From Ascidiella aspersa (taxonomy: Eukaryota), in assembly GCA_963924565.1 (NCBI GenBank), contig OZ004612.1:12338001-12402000 (forward strand): DNA of 64,000 bases. Reading direction: 5' to 3'. A program made the position numbers and the translations under genes. Shown here piece by piece: positions 1 to 15,850 of the stretch (positions are counted from its first letter, which is position 1; each line of letters begins with the position of its first letter). A model generated the notes under the pieces. That model was not told the origin of the DNA and did not search any database. It worked only from the letters and a program-made list of their open reading frames with translations.

Positions 1-730
1 TACCAATATTATTAAGTTTGTTGATGCACTGAAGGCTTTCAAAGCTAAATTGACTAATTGGTAAAAAAAAAAAAACGTAATACAAAATTGTGCAATGTTT
101 GAAAAACTGGATATGCTTGTGGATAGCAGAGGGAATAAAATGCCAGAGCTAATTAAAAAAGGAATTTTAAAGCATTTGTCAACCCTTGAGAAGGAATTCG
201 AAAGATACTTTCCAGAGACATCTGGTGGAGACTTTGATTTTGTAAGAAATCCTTTTACATTTCCAGTCGAAAAGCTTTCAGATGAAAGTCAGGACGAATT
301 TTTAGAGCTAAAGAATGACTCTTCGGCAAGGCAAGTGTATCAAGAAAAACTACTTCAACAGTTCAGAATTGGAATGAAAGATTCTTACCCCAAAACAACA
401 GAAACAGCTTTTCGCATTCCTATTCCTTTTGTGTCGACTTACCTATGTGAGTCAGGATTTTCTGCTCTGTTGCAGATTAGGAGTAAACCAAGAAACAAAC
501 TTGATGTTGAGGATGACTTGCGTTGTGCACTGTCACAAACCGCGCCGCGTATACAATTCATTTAAAAGCGCAAACAAGAGCAAATTTCGCATTGAGTTGT
601 AGTGTGAAATAAATATAATTCAAAATGCTATATTTTTTACGTTATGTTTGTTTTTCGTTTTATAGGGAGGAATGAATAGTTCGAAAATGGGCAAAGGGAG
701 GAATGTAACAAAAAAGGTTGGGAACCACTG
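1..730 (+). mobile_element. 3' end of a defective Buster-type hAT DNA transposon (transposase C-terminus plus right TIR)
   Basis: ORF 95-565 contains PFVSTYLCESGFSALLQIRSKPRNKLDVEDDLRCALS, the hAT dimerisation-domain motif seen in ZBED8/SCAND3/FAM200-like transposases. The upstream frame is broken at the A-run near 61-75. The element ends in AAAAAGGTTGGGAACCACTG (711-730), followed by atcTAtag, an NNNTANNN Buster-type target. Confidence 0.88.
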
Positions 731-3700
731 ATCTATAGATACCAGACTGGATTTAGTTCTTTTCATTCATCCATTTTTTTTGTTATATTACCTTTTCGGT
801 CAGTAAAGCATTGCTAAACAATAGTTGTGTACACCTGTTATGCGGTAATTTAAATAATTACGCTAAATGATGTTTATAAACTATATTACGAGGTGAAACT
901 ACAGTATCCAAAAAAGAAACCTTTTTTGCAATACTTTGTCTCTATGGAATATAAACACTATTCATTCTTTACTGTGGCCACGAAGCCTTGAACCCAATCC
1001 ACACTTTGGGCGACTCTAATTAATCCCGGGTCAAGTCGGCGGCGTGACGCAGACGCGTAACTGCAGGGCGTTGACCCGAGCCACTCGAATGAGCGCGCCC
1101 AGACGAGTCAAGGTTCAACGTGAGATCTGCTGCCCGAGCTCAGAAAGCGGTCGGGCGAGGAATTTCAGATTTCGAGTGTCCTCACTTGACCAAACCGACC
1201 ATTACCGGTTTAAGGCGGTCGCTGGTATTTTCGTACATGTGTTGTGGATTTAACGCCGAGACGAAAACACTCCGATGGTAACAATGTTTCGCAGAAAAAT
1301 TTGGCCGAACTTGCGAGCAAACAACAACAGCAGACCAACATGGAAAAGCAACCAAAGCCGGTCCCGACATAAGAACAAGGCCCCCAGGTATATGCATCAG
1401 CACTCGTCCAATTTAATAGCAAATTAAATAGGCGTTTTATCCAAGATTTTTATCCAACTTAAGATTATACTAGATCATAAGTTAAGAGAACAAAACACAT
1501 TAACAACAATTAATGTTAACTCCGTTAGAAAGAGTATAGCCCTCTCATATAGTTCTCAAATTTTGTTTGACTTGACTGGACCAATGACGTCATTTGGCAA
1601 CGAATTGGGTGATCGTATATTTTGCCCAGCTGCCGGGAAGTATCAGGCAACTCTACATCTATAGGAAGGAAGAAAACGTTTAAACAAATTTAGAACAATT
1701 ACACGCATACTAAAAATACACGTGAGTTAAAAAAAATCATTTATCGGGGTGATGCCATTATACGTTAGCCATTGAAAAAGCTTAAAAATCATGAAGCGGT
1801 TGTAACTGGCATTTTATTAACCATGCTCCTGCAGCAGTTCAAGGAACAGGAACATTTGTTGTGGTGGACGCTCTAACAAACACTATAAGAAAATAATGAA
1901 ACGTAAATGGAAGCTCAGAGCTCTTGGGATGCCCTTTTTATGTTGTAACAGATATTTAAAAAAAGGGAATTTTTAACGCAGTAAACAACGGCGAGCCACT
2001 GTTAAAGTAAAAGAGAGAAACATTGTCATACTACTACGAGGAAGGATAATTGGGCTTGTACTCTGTTTAAATCAGCGGTTTGCCTATACGACTGGGCCAA
2101 AGAAGTCAATATATTTCGCGCCGGGCGCAAAACCGGGATTCGCGTTGCGGTTTCGAGCTGTCAAAAGCTCATCCGGGCTGATTGCATCGTTCGCGGGCGT
2201 TTGCGGGCACAATTATGCGCGTCTGAGAACAAAGCGATCATTTTGGGAGGCAATTATCGGCTGCGGTGCGGACTTGGACGGCAGAAGAAGCTTCGAAAGC
2301 TGAAAGGGCGTCGGTTCTTGTGGTGAACAGGAAAAATGCATGTCACGCTGTGTGAATGCCACAGTGACAATTGTACGTGGTTATCAATGAGGAAGGCTAA
2401 TCGGAGCTGATACCTAAGTCACGTGGCATAGTATTTGTAGTGGGCCAAACTTAAGGTTGTATTGGCTGTGATGCGATATTAAATTGGATTGTTTAATTCA
2501 TCCACAGGCTGCGATCTAACAGTTTTTTTAACATAAAAAGGCATTTTTTTCGAGAAAAAAAAATAGCCATCGATTTTAAGGCTTTCGAGGTTTAGATCTA
2601 ATTTAGGGTTAATGACCTGGAAACATTACGTTTAGACGTTTTAAATCTGTCACTATTGTCTATATTTGATCTTATTGATAGAGTAGTTCGGTATCGAAAG
2701 CCTAGTCGTTTGCCCAAAAGAACCCGAAGTTTTGGACATCGCTTGCTATCACGAGCGTCAGACTCAGTTTTAAAAAATATATACTGTTACGTTTCTCGTG
2801 ACATTATAGCAATTCGAGTTCACCTTTACAAAATAAAAGCATTGTTGTATTTATATCAAGGAGGCAATCCTGAAAGTGTTCTCGTACATTGTAACATTTG
2901 ATAACTGCCGTCACGACTGCGCACTTGCGTATCACCGTAAAGGCACCGAAATATTAATACACAGTCTTTGTTCTCGTCATATACACCCAACAATGCGATT
3001 TTCGAAAATAAACGATTGAGATGTTTATAGCTCAATAACATTATGTCAGGACGATGCTAAACTCTGTAATCCGGCATGTCTAAGTTCAACGCGTGGTTGT
3101 TTCGTTTGTTGAGCGTCTGAATATTCCGATGAAAACGCGTCACTTATTTTGGAATTAAGGTCGTAAATAACCTCAAAGGGCGAGGCGTTGACCGTTAGTA
3201 AACAAAAACATGGAGTTTAGCATCGATCAAAATTCAAAATGTGAGTTGTCCGTTTCAAACAGGGATTTAAAGCGCATTTTGCGCAGTGTACGCCGTAAAC
3301 AAACAGGAAGCGGATTAAAGAGTGTTATGCAAACTGGGAGATGCGCGCGGAATATGCACCCAGACAAATAAGGGAAAACATGCGAAAAAGAACCTCTCCC
3401 ATGCTGATACAACAAGCAAAACTCCCCCGGGTGTTGCAATACACGCACATACTACATTGCTACGTAATTACCTAAAAGTTTAACTTGCTAAACTTGCAGT
3501 TTTATCAAGAAATGTCATGTTTTTTCGCAGCAATGTTGTGGGACGATAACGATCGTACTTACCCAGCATACGGTATATGTACGCCATCTCCGTGTATTTT
3601 TATGTTTTCCTTCAACTTTTTATCTCAAACAAAGCAGACAAATCCCAGTATTGTTAAACCAGAGGTTGCGTATCAGATATCGTCAATGCTAAACAGAAAA

Positions 3701-6700
3701 CAACTTATTAATTATAGAAAGGGTGATAAGGCATAGGACTTTGTGTCAGGAAATTACCCGTGTATATTATTGTTTGCGTCAATCTGGCCGCAGAGTTTCT
3801 CCAAAATAAATCCCCACAGGTGCATGAACACCTTCGCGACGTGCCCTATTAACACGGGAATGCCGCAAATAAGGCAAACAGATCTGAACACGAATCAGGT
3901 GCCATCACCTTCTGGTAGCAAGGCAGGCTACAGTTTGATTGGCAGCTTTGAAAATTGGATAACTCAAGTTTCCAGCTTGATTTCGGGTCACATTTTGGCC
4001 TGGACACATGCTCACCTTTTGACAATCGAATCTATAAGGCAATAGTTTGCCAGACAAAATGTAATGTTTCTTTATCGCCAAATATGTGCCAAAGAGTCGC
4101 GGCAAAACAAACCACTCAAGGCTGCAAGCCGCACTTTTAATCGGCCAGGTTTGAATCGAATTTAATTGTTTTGAATTCTAGCGACGCATTTTGTCTGTCA
4201 TAAACAGAAGCAAAAAAAACAAATTAAAGGTTAAATGGATATACTATCTAGTTTTTGGCCTGTGTATCAACGATTTACGAAAAGAATTCACTTGTTCGTT
4301 CTCTCTAGATGCCATTTAGGGTTTATGTCCGGTTACCTTTTTTTTCATCCATGCAACGAAAAACTCAGCAGGCCTGGTCAATATACACTGGACAAGAATA
4401 ACGCCAATAACTTTATCGTTTGAAATTGTCACAAATCCCTCTATAGTTCATTTTGGCCCTTGAAAGCGACTCAGCTCACGAAAACCGCAAATTCGACCCG
4501 GTCAACTGGCGATTAGGTGACAGCGAAATAACGCCCGGTCAGCAAGAAGCATCGGATAATTGGGAAGAAAACCGCAAATCGTCGTCGGAGCGGAGGGTCA
4601 GGCTAAGTTCGCACGAGACCTCGTCGCTTTTTAAGTTGATTGGCCACTTGGGCGTTGGACAGCCGAAAGGCGGAGAAACGCCCGTGAGTCAGACAATGAG
4701 CTCAGGCGAGGTTTTCTCGCATTATTATTATTGTAAACGTATAGGGCAGGTGTGCTCGCCCTGTCAGCTTATCTGCTAATTTCAATGGGCGGACTCAACT
4801 CGGTCGAATTTCATTTGAATACAAGGCCTTCATCGACGGCCATTTAAATATTATCCGTGAATTATTTCGGTCGGTCCAACGAACGCCACTATTTCTGGCG
4901 TTGTGAAATATTTCGGAAATAATTTGAGAGATTAAAAGCATCGAATTGATGGACAGCTAATTAGCTATCAAACCCAGTGGTCAAGGGATTAAGCACAATG
5001 TGGTGTCCGACGCTTCGCTTGAAACTATAGGTCTTGCGCGATAAAAAAATGAAAACACCCGATTTATTTAGGATTTCACAGTCGTAATTCAAATGACGTA
5101 GATAGTAAGTGGATAAAAAAAGCAAAATTGTTTTTCATAGCAACGTTTTGTTGTTGTAACTTTTGTTTTTTCACTGAATAACACGGCCTAGTGGATTATA
5201 ACATTATTATCTGTGTTTGGGTACAATATGCACTGATCTGTAATGTAGCTTACGAACTTTTTTCATCTTCAGTTCATATGGCTGAGATAAATTGAAGATA
5301 GTACAAGTGTTAATCAAGATGATGTCGATCTACTCGACCTTTTTGTTTTGCAATTCACTGTGTTATTTAAGTAACAGATTCTCGTCAACCCTTTCTCAAG
5401 TTCAAAAAAGTAATTCACTCCAAAAGGCGGAAAATAAAATTAAACAAAATGTGTTTGGGTGAAGTGCATTCCCGAGGTCAATCTAAAGATATGTGTTTAC
5501 GGATCATTACAAGTCAATTCAAGTTCAGGCAAACTTCAATAGCCCATAATCCGCTTTAAAGACATACTTGACGTTAAATGGGGGGAAGAAACGCCTCGCT
5601 CGTGTTGTGGTGTTTTCTATCCTCCTCGACAACCTGTCTGGCGTTACATAAAGAGGGTAGAGAGAAGTGCTTGATTCGGCGAATTGCGAAACCTTCAGAT
5701 ATTAGATTTATCGTGACCGCTACACATGAAAATTCTTATATAGCTTAAGTGACTCATGGTTACTGACGACATATCATCCGGCAACCCTTTGGGTTACCAT
5801 TTGACCTTTTTTTAACTGCAATTATCATCTTACATGTCAGAAATTCTACAGTATGCGTTTACAAACCAAAAGCAGCTTCTGAAATACCTCTAAGGTACAT
5901 ACATAATATATGTTACACAATCAAATGTATTTATAAACTGTTGCTACCAGGCATAGTAATACAATTAAAAAAACAGCTCCTTTGGTCATTTCAATTCTTG
6001 ACCAACGTTTCGGCAACCTATGCAATCCGCTTTTGATTTGAATCTAATGTATTGTTGTGTAACTCAGCAATGATAGTTTATTGCGTTTCAAAAATTCCCG
6101 TATAATGCAAAAAACGGGAGTGCCTATCATTTTACTTTTCGTGTAAAAAAATCATGCAAATTATGGCTCAGATGTAAAATTGTAATATATTTTCATTACT
6201 GAACATTTATTGTTTTATTAAAGGCCAACCCGCTATACAATTCCAGTTTTAAACCGGTCCGCAGTGCAAAAATGTTGGCAACCCCTGCTTTAGATAACTT
6301 GAATTGTTTCAATGTTTACTTTACAGCATTTGCAATTAAAACTGTTCAAAAAGTTATGAATAATCTTTCGAATAATCGGTTTAAAAGTATTTGCAGGATT
6401 AAAGTGTAACCCGATTTTGCTCAACAATTCTCGTCTGCACGATAAACGTTTACAAGGCGATATTCAGCGATCATTTAATAGCTTATATACAGAACGCAAC
6501 GCCGCCGCCAAGTTGTACTTAGAACATTCACAATAAATGGGTTCCATTGTGAGGCGTGCAAAAGAGGGACAGTGCATTACAGGCTGCAAAAACGGTTGAA
6601 AATACCCAGGAATTGCCGTTTTTAATGCAAAATAGCCTTAAAGACGGAACCTATTCGTAAAATTCACCTGTAATGCACGTCAAAATAAAATTGGGGCGCA

Positions 6701-9700
6701 ATGTTGTTATATTTATAGTTATTTATTTTCTGTTAACGTTCGATATATATTGAATATGATTTTGTAGTGTGTTAGAATATTAACACATGCGTGTGAAGTT
6801 ACAAGGTTGTTACTAAAGTATATAATAAACACACTGCACCCACACGCTTGTTTAAACAAAAAAACAGCATACACCACTATGTGTTTATAATTACTCATGG
6901 ACAAGTAAAAACATGATCGGAAAGTTTCCAATCACACGCATGTGACGCCTTTCCAAAGACTCACACTCACAAGACGCGTGGGCCGTGAGTGTATATGCAA
7001 ATGTACCTAAAACCTCTATTTTCAAGGATGATTACAACACAATACAAAGCTTGTGGATTACGCCAACATCATTGTTAATGTTAAAAACGATTCTCAAAAC
7101 AATTTCCGGATACGTGGGCGGTATTTGATTACACGTGACTTCAACGGGACGATTTACGGTAAAAATAAGGTTAATTGGATACCGCCTCGCCCTACAAAGT
7201 ACGATATTTTAAAGGGGGTTCAATTTAAAAAAACTGTGGATCTTATATTTAAGCTATCCTTAACTTTATTACCTATAAAAAAATAAGAGACTAATCAAAC
7301 AAATTATACGCGTTTGCTTTAATAAGTATCTCTGATTTTTTGTTGATATAAGAAAACAGAATAAAAATGGATTATAGTTCCTCCTGAGAATGAAATACTG
7401 TTTCTAAACATAGCACAGAGTCGGTGTGGAATGTTTGTTTTAAAGCCACGCAACAGCTTTAAAATACGCAAGGCGCCCGGTGGTACAAAAAGCAGTCGTG
7501 CTGTGCACGCGCCGGATTTCGAGTCCGCAATGCTACATGCATTAGCTTGTGACGCAGACTAATCAGATTGCGGCGGTGCCTGTTTATTGTCCGACTGTCT
7601 TCTCGGAGACAATGAAGAACGCTAACACGTAAATAAGCAAGCCAAAAGTAGCGCGGCCTTAGCGATCGCATGCCGAAAACTTGCAGTCGTTCGAATCTAC
7701 TGCCGCAGCAATATTTTGAGTCGTGGAAAAATACGCCCAAGTCTTGATTGAAACATTGGGGTTTGACAGTTGAACACGGAAATTGATATTTTCGCGTTAA
7801 ATCCGCGAAGCGAGACATCGAATTTCGGGCGTGTATTTACAAGGATTTCCTTGCAAATCATCTTTGACATTTCGCATCTTTCCACTCCAAAGGTTAAACG
7901 TGGAAGCGATGGATCACTTTTCCAAGCGCAGAGGATTAAGTTTATTTAAACACATTACATTGGTAATGTACCACAAACCAAACATCTACGGTTCTACACG
8001 TATATGTTTACCTATACTATAAATACTAAAATATTACATTATGGATATTTTCCACAAACTCAAAATTACCTGAAACCCAATTCAAAAGATAAAAAATGCG
8101 GTAATACGTTTTAGTTGACCTAAAAGTGTTTTCATGAGCAGTGAGCTTAATTAAATTGAAATCAGTTTAACAGTCTGTTTATCTTGTCGTAATTCAAAAT
8201 AGTTTGCGCACTGCTGAGTTTGTTGGAGCTTATAAAACTTAGAAACTCATTTTGCGCAATTAGTATTTTACCTTTCTTTAGCATCGTACAGGACTACAAG
8301 AAAATACGAGTTCGGGCGGTAAATGTGACATATTAAGGTCATTATAAATTTTCAAACATATTGCTCACGTAGCACGACTTAGGAAATTAAGGTGGTGTAA
8401 AAACCCGTCCGATACCAAAACATATTTTCTGTATGCTATTCCATATGTATTACACACACAGATTTTTTTAGTAAAACATCACTTGTGCTGGTCCGCAAAA
8501 ACGGGTAATTCTCCCTTATCTAAGAAAATCTCCGGTCTTCACAAAAGCACTAACTGTCCAGCAAAATACACAGTTGGGCGGGGTCGACTGAAGGCGCCAA
8601 GCCACAAGAATTCGACGGGAATGTCCGAGGCCGCATACATCCTGTGTGGAGCGCCGACTTTACTCGTTCGATCGGAGTGCTGTTCCTCTCGCGCGTTCAA
8701 TATAACGTGGTCATCATTGCGGTGGCTATGGCGGCAGCGACATCGTGCAATCAGCAAAGCTTAATCTCCAAAGCCGCGTCCGTCGAACAGAACGACTAAA
8801 TCTACACGATGGTGTCGCGCACGCGACGAAATGCCTTTTTGAAGATTCCGTGTACCCTTCCAAGTTCTTAACCACATTGTTGTAGGGCGAAAAACGCGGC
8901 AATATACGATAAACTGATCGACAACGACACGCTGTAGTAGCTAGCATGGTCTGTGGTTTATAAGGTTGAGTTAAACAATAAAGATTTCGTCTAGTTGGTT
9001 CTTACCCCTATATGCCGTGGTTTCTATAGCTCGTAAATTTTACCCTCCATATACCCTGGATTCTTACCTTCTTAAATCTAGGGGTTGTCAACCTCAGTGG
9101 CAGGCAAGAAAATATGTTGGGTTCTCGGGTTTGCAGCGTAACTATTTTCGACAATCATTTTGTAAAGTAACTTTCGGACATTATAGCGATCTCGTTAAAC
9201 TTTTTTTCTTTTTGTTTTTGGTCGATGTTTCAAAATGTATAGAAAGTCGTTCTACCTATTGGGCAAGTTTTCTTAACTATTAGACTTTTATATTAACATT
9301 ACTCATTGCGTGTTTGTAAAACACTAATCAGAATTAATTTACTGCTGAAGTTAAACGCTAACTTATCCATCACCTTGTACGTATTAGAAAACAAATAAAA
9401 ACCTTGTGTTTATTAAATCGTGTGGCTGAAAGTTTTAAATCCAAAAAAGCGTTTAAAATCAGGCAGAGCCGAGGCAAAGAGTAAAATATGCCTTGTATAT
9501 ATTTTGTCGTTTCATTTCCAAAAATGCAATTAAAATTTATTTTGCCGACATTTAATAATATTTGCATTGAAGTCGCAAACGGAACAACTTTCACATTCGA
9601 TTCCTAATGTATTTTTAATTACCGGAAATCCCAACATTACCAAAAAACCCAAACGTTATTGAAAAAACGAAACAAAGTTCGCCATTATAACAACAACGCG

Positions 9701-12700
9701 TCCGCCTGTGAAGCTTCTCTGTGTAACACTTTCGCCATAGCATGTCGTAGAAGATTGGCGACAAAGTTTTTTTACGCCTTCTTTCTAGTACACGAGTTCA
9801 TACACTTCCTGGACACATTTAGAAACAAACCAGTGCACCTTGAAAATACAAGTTTAGTTGCCACATCACAGATTGCGAGGAAGGCGACTAGACCAACTTC
9901 TGGCCGCACAGGATTAAGGCAATACCAATTGACCTTGCGTAATTCCCAATTAACACCGTTCAATTAGTATGTGTACTGGCGACATTGACCAATGTCGTGC
10001 GAAGGATTTAACGGAATGATGATGCCAAAATAGTTCGGCCTGGGATAAAGTCAGCCAAAGTTCAACCAAGACTCGTGGCGCCTTCAAAATAGAGTCTGTT
10101 TGGGGCCGAGTTCATCATTAGTTTTGCAGAACACTAAAAAAGAGGCGTCGTCTTGTTTAGACATTCAACACAACTGCTTATATAAGTTGAGTTATATAAG
10201 CTATTTACAGGCAGTCAATGTAATGTAAAACATGCCATAAAACATCCTTTCAAAATAGGCAATTTTTTAGGATGAATGATATCACAAGTCGAAGTTTATT
10301 TGAAAAACATTTATAAGAAGGCAATGAAACATTTTCAAGTATAGGCGGAGAGTAACATGTTTCACATATTTGACTGTAAATCTACGTGCCCGCCGCACGT
10401 AGATACCCGAATATTTCAAACAATGTGTAGTACAGACAAATGACCGGGTAGAGGCTGTAGTATGTATAGTGTCTCTCAGCGTCCGAGCTGTCCGACTGGT
10501 ATTTTTCTCGAGTAGGATAGGGAAAACAAGCAATTTTCCACTCAGGAGCAAAGGATGAGGTGTTCTGATCTCTCAAGAAAGGGATCATATATGAGCTCCA
10601 ACTTCAAATGGCGTAATAATCCTCAGCAGGCAATATTTATCGAACCAAACGGCGTTGGCTGGCGGCATTTGACGGTCGTGCCGCGGGTTTTACGCTTTAT
10701 TTCGAGTATTTCTTCCGTTTACATTTTTTGAGTATTTCTTGCGACTTACGAACATGTTAAGCCGACTATACCCATAAGTCGTGGAATACGTTGTCGATTC
10801 GTCTGCAGAGCAACTTGATTTAAAATTGTTGGCCGACAGTAGATGTTAAAGACATTCTTTCATTTAGAAAAATAATATGCATTAAAAAATATATCAAACT
10901 TTTGTCCATAGTCAATATACAAACCTAAAGGTTAATTAAGTGAATATAGGTAATTATATAGTAAGAAACAACTCGAGAAATAATTAGTTTAACATACACA
11001 AGTCAAACGGAGGTCAGCCTAAAATATCAGTCATGCAGAAGAGATAATTATAACTAGTGGTACCCTGAAATGAGGCAAAATGCCAATTGACCCATTTTTG
11101 TCGGCTGGCTCACACAAAGCCGACTACTCTTGCGCAATTGCATGAAACAAGCATTTCCAGTAAACTATAGTTATAGGTACACAATTACGCACTCGACATA
11201 GACCGTGGGAAGTTTCTCATGCCATCTCGGACACGAAATAACAAGAGACGCGACTACATGGCAAATCCACGGTTGGAACCAAATAGTTAAAAATTACAAA
11301 AATCGTCGAAAACTATCGATAGATATTACTATTGCCAACAATAACGTTTTCACGAAAAATTGCTAGCCTAAATACTGCGTTCAAAAGTGTAATTGTAGGC
11401 AACAGACCTGAATGAAAACTTTTCTAAAAGCCCAATAGAAGAAAAAAACATAATACCAACGAGAAATATTCCGACTATAATAATTTTCGCGTCTTTAGCA
11501 TGAAATTTCTCGCCCGCGGTACACACCACGGCGGACAAAGGCAATGTCACAAAAAGCGAGGTTACACCGCGGCAGAAAAAAACACGCGACGAATATTCTT
11601 GTGCAGATTAGCACCAAACATTCACGCAAAAACAACCATCGTTTCTCGAAAAAGACAAGCTCAAGTAGGCCAGGTCATCTGATCCTTTAAAACGACCGAC
11701 CCAACTGTCGCCTATATATTGCGGCCATATTTTTACCAACGGCTCGGGCAAAGTATTGACATTTGAGCCGCATTTCATGCACGTGTTGCGTTTTTGTTCG
11801 ACATTTCAAACCCTATAGGACACCCTGTGCTTTTTTCGCGACATTTATTCAAAAGACCGGCTGCAGAAATGGATACGCGTCTGTTTTGACCCCCGTAAAC
11901 TCGCCTTTCGACTGAAGTCGGTCTATTTCGGTCATGCGACAAATGTAAACCGTCACATGCCGAGAGCTGCACGTGTTTACGGCGACAGGCGAGGTAATCA
12001 GCTTCAAGGCGATTAAAACTTCGGAGAAAAAAACAACTGGCCAGGTAAATGTTTCGACAAGGTTTAAGTAAAGCGGGAAAACTACTTTCTCGTGGCGTCA
12101 GATGGCGTGACCTTTTGTTTTCGATTTGAGGCGGACTTTTCGGTATTGTTTTTTGTTGGCGATTTGGAGAAAAAAGGAGAACAAAAATGTCTCTGAGCTG
12201 ATGTTTAACAGAGATTTTTAAAACTGGTTTTACAAACTAATTGTTATTGAAAAAAATGCCACCTCTGGTATTATTATTAATAAATGACGACAATTATACC
12301 GATTAAAAGTTAAACAAACTGAAATATAATTTAAGTCAGATATCTTCATGAAATATTTCTAGGACATTTTTCTAAGGCGCATCATTAGTTAGTTCAGTTG
12401 GTTTAGATCAGACTGAAGATTATTGGTTTACAAATTTTGTTTGGTATAGTTTGTATTATGTAACTGGATCATTTCACAATGTTTAGAAATTTGGTCAAGT
12501 ATAGTGGAAGTATAAAATTTTAGGTAAATTAAGAGCACGTGCTATTAAATTTAGGACGTTTTTATACGTTTTCCAAAAAGATGATACGTGCGCTTTCTAA
12601 TTACAAGGACCTTTGAACACTAATGGTTGCTATTCGACGTCGTACACTTTTAACAATTCTCACTGGAGCAACGCAAACACTTCCTGGGAGTATTTGATCG

Positions 12701-15659
12701 CCAGTATAAGTTTCAACTATCACGATTACCGGTTTCCTTCAAGCAATGCTGTTACCAGTTAGCGAAATGATTAAATAAATCAGTAAATAAATAGCGACAT
12801 AACCTTACGCAAGACGTAAGATGCTAAATCGTGCTACTATTTAAACTTATCCGCGCTGGTTTTAAAGTCGCATTGAATAAAAATAGTGCAACACGGAAAA
12901 AACGCTCTGAAAATAAAAGACGTTATTTCCTAAATTTCAAATAACAACCAAGATTAAACATGGTCAACAGACTTTTTAACAAGCCTTTTTTATTTTTTTT
13001 TGGAATTTTTTTTTCATGGTTAATAAGATTTTCATAGGATGAACTTAGGGACGTCTGTTGTGTATTTTTTTTAAACTGAAGCATGGTCAGTTTATTATCT
13101 TATTATAAAAAGAAAGGTCAGTTTCTATTTCCAGATCAGGAAATAAGATCTGGTTTCCGTTAACGTGTTTAAACAAACCGGTCTATTATGTTGCGGCAAA
13201 ACAGAGCCGGCATTATACGTGTACGAGGCGACGCCCTTCATACGCACCAGAACTGATGCAAAAACAAGCAAGAATGTAAAGCAACATGAAAAAACAACGC
13301 TCTACCAGGTGTGTCCGCGAAGGACGAGCCAGGAAAATCGCTCAAGCAAATAAACAAAGGCCGACCGCAGGGTCTATTGTGGCTATAGCCAGACGCAAGG
13401 CTGTTTTGGTTCTGCGTACAACGTATACTTACGCTTAACATTGGCGAGCTATTTACCACGAACGGGAATGTTCGGCGAGCAATAGTTTGACGCAGGCGAA
13501 AGGCAAATAACGTCTATAAGGAAGGTTTTGAAACGATAAACGGGGGAGTAGACGGGATCACTTTAGGGGTCCGTGAAACATTTGGAGGGGCACGAGTGCA
13601 ATAAAAATTAACACGTTTTTTTTATCCAGCAACAGTATACTTTACTTAAATCTTTATATACTTTAATGTAACTACAAAAAAAAACTTTTTAAGTTGGCTG
13701 CTATTTATTTATGAACGCTTATAGTTTTTCAAAACCATTGATAAGGGCAAGGTTTGTAAAATTAAAGGGTCCATACTCCGTAAGCTTGATAATATTTACA
13801 GGCGTCATCCCGTCACCAACAAAGTTTGGTCTAAAAGTTAACTCTGGCTTCAAAGGTCGAATGTAGCCGAGAGTTGAAAAAGAACAAATGTATATTTTAG
13901 AAAAAGCAAGCTTTTCGCGTTTCGCATTTGTGAATAACAAATTAAGATGTCGTGAATCACCCCGATCTATTTTGAAACCAAACGACTAAAATTAGAAAAA
14001 TGGCGTCATTGCAACCAAATTGCTTTCGTCTCAAATAAGCAAAGATGATATTTTATGGTGTTTTGCAGTGCAGTGCATAAATGACAAAGAAAAAACAAAT
14101 TGCCTCCATGATGAGTCTTACTTCTAAAAAAAATAAAAACTGTCAAAAACATTGGCAAACATATTGTTGGTTTTCAAATACGATAAAATATTTTTGGCGA
14201 AAAATACATATATCCAATGCTTATGTTCGCTTAAAATTTGTTTTTCTTGCCTGCAAATTGTGTGCGAACAACACCAATCTAAAAACGCAATCGACACCAA
14301 TCTAAAATACAGCGTTTTGAATTTTTTCGACAAAACACATGACAATTTAAACCACATATACGACAAACGTTAATTTTCCCAGCATCCTATCCGCCATCAA
14401 TTTTAACGATCCACGTTTTTTTGATCAATAAGGCGCGGTCGCAAATTGTTACATCATAAGCGATACACACGGGAGCCCAGCTAAAACCGGTAAACGGTCC
14501 AATTCCAATTCCCGGACCTAAATTTAGTCGAAATTTGTTTCGCATAGCAACAGAAAAAACATGCTCTCTCTGGAAACGTTCGCGGCCGGAGGGTTACTTC
14601 AAATAAGACAAGAACCAAAGAAAGGTGCGAAAAACCTGGCTGGTTTTCCGATGCTGTAAACACGTCGAAGGAAGGCAATAACGATGTAAGTTGGGAAAAA
14701 ATTAACTTTGATAAAGATAATTAAGCTGTTAAGGCTTTTCCACGAAAGCTCGGCCTTTCAAAGCATGTAGTTTTCGTGAATAATAATGAGCAGGTGTTAG
14801 TGTTTATCGCACGGAAAAAAACACGATTAACCTTATTTACAACATCGCAAAATATTTGAGCTAACTCACGTTAGAACACACAAAAGGAAAAAAAAATAGA
14901 ATTATCGTGAATCCTTTACCGAATCCTTACGCAGCAATTACGCAACTCCGACATTTCGAGCGTTTATTTTTAAACTTTGACGACAAACCAAGAAATGACC
15001 AACGTGCGTTGCTCGCGGAATATGCAAATGCAATTGCGTGATAGGTATGAAAAGATGTCAAAGAACAGCGGGTAAGTAGGGCTATACGTACTTATGGCAT
15101 TTAAGAAATGCAAAAGTTCTAAAACGGGATTCTGCGATACCATTCAATTGTTCGCCTGCCGAAATAAAGGCGTTTGTAGCAAGCGACAAACTTCTCCCTT
15201 AAAGTGGGGTTGGCAATTTTACGCCAATATAGGAGAAAAGTGTATAGGACGGGAGAAATTGTGCGATTTACCCTTTGCACGCAGATATATGTACAGTATA
15301 TATACATGTATTTATACTGAGCTGTAAAATTTTGCGAGGATTTCAGTTTATCGCTAGATCTCGCATATGTGACATGGGGCAGGAGAATTAACGCTTTCGG
15401 CTGAGTTTTTCGTAGGACAGCCAGTGGTCGATTGGGCGGCGCGCGCGCCTCGCTTTTTGAGTTTCCGGAGCGCACATCTGTATACAAGACATGCATTGCG
15501 CAGCTGTAACAACCGGACTCGCGAATCGAGTCCCGTGATGGTAAATAAACAGTTGGCGAGAAATTGTCAAGTTCGGAAAGCGATTAAGGCAGAAATTTGG
15601 CAATATTTTCGGAAGTTTAGCGAATCTGCTTAAAAGGTTATACATATGCTATATCGATG

Positions 15660-15850
15660 TGGCACTGAATATGTGATAATGGAAATCACCTTGATCCTTG
15701 CAAGATAAATGTAGATCTTAATTACTGATAAGTAACAGCAGAATACTCTAACAAAGCTAGCAATCCAGGTCAGACACTATTTAAAGATCTTAAAATATGT
15801 TCATTCTGTCTGATCTGAGTTGCTAGCTTTGTTAGAGTATTCTGCTGTTT
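15660..15850. repeat. Dispersed repeat copy with internal inverted repeat
   Basis: AACAGCAGAATACTCTAACAAAGCTAGCAA (~15734-15763) is the reverse complement of TTGCTAGCTTTGTTAGAGTATTCTGCTGTT (~15820-15849). The same family occurs in reverse orientation at ~18640-18760 and ~22425-22560 (shared TTGCAAGGGTCAAGGT...CATATTCAGTGC). Confidence 0.7.
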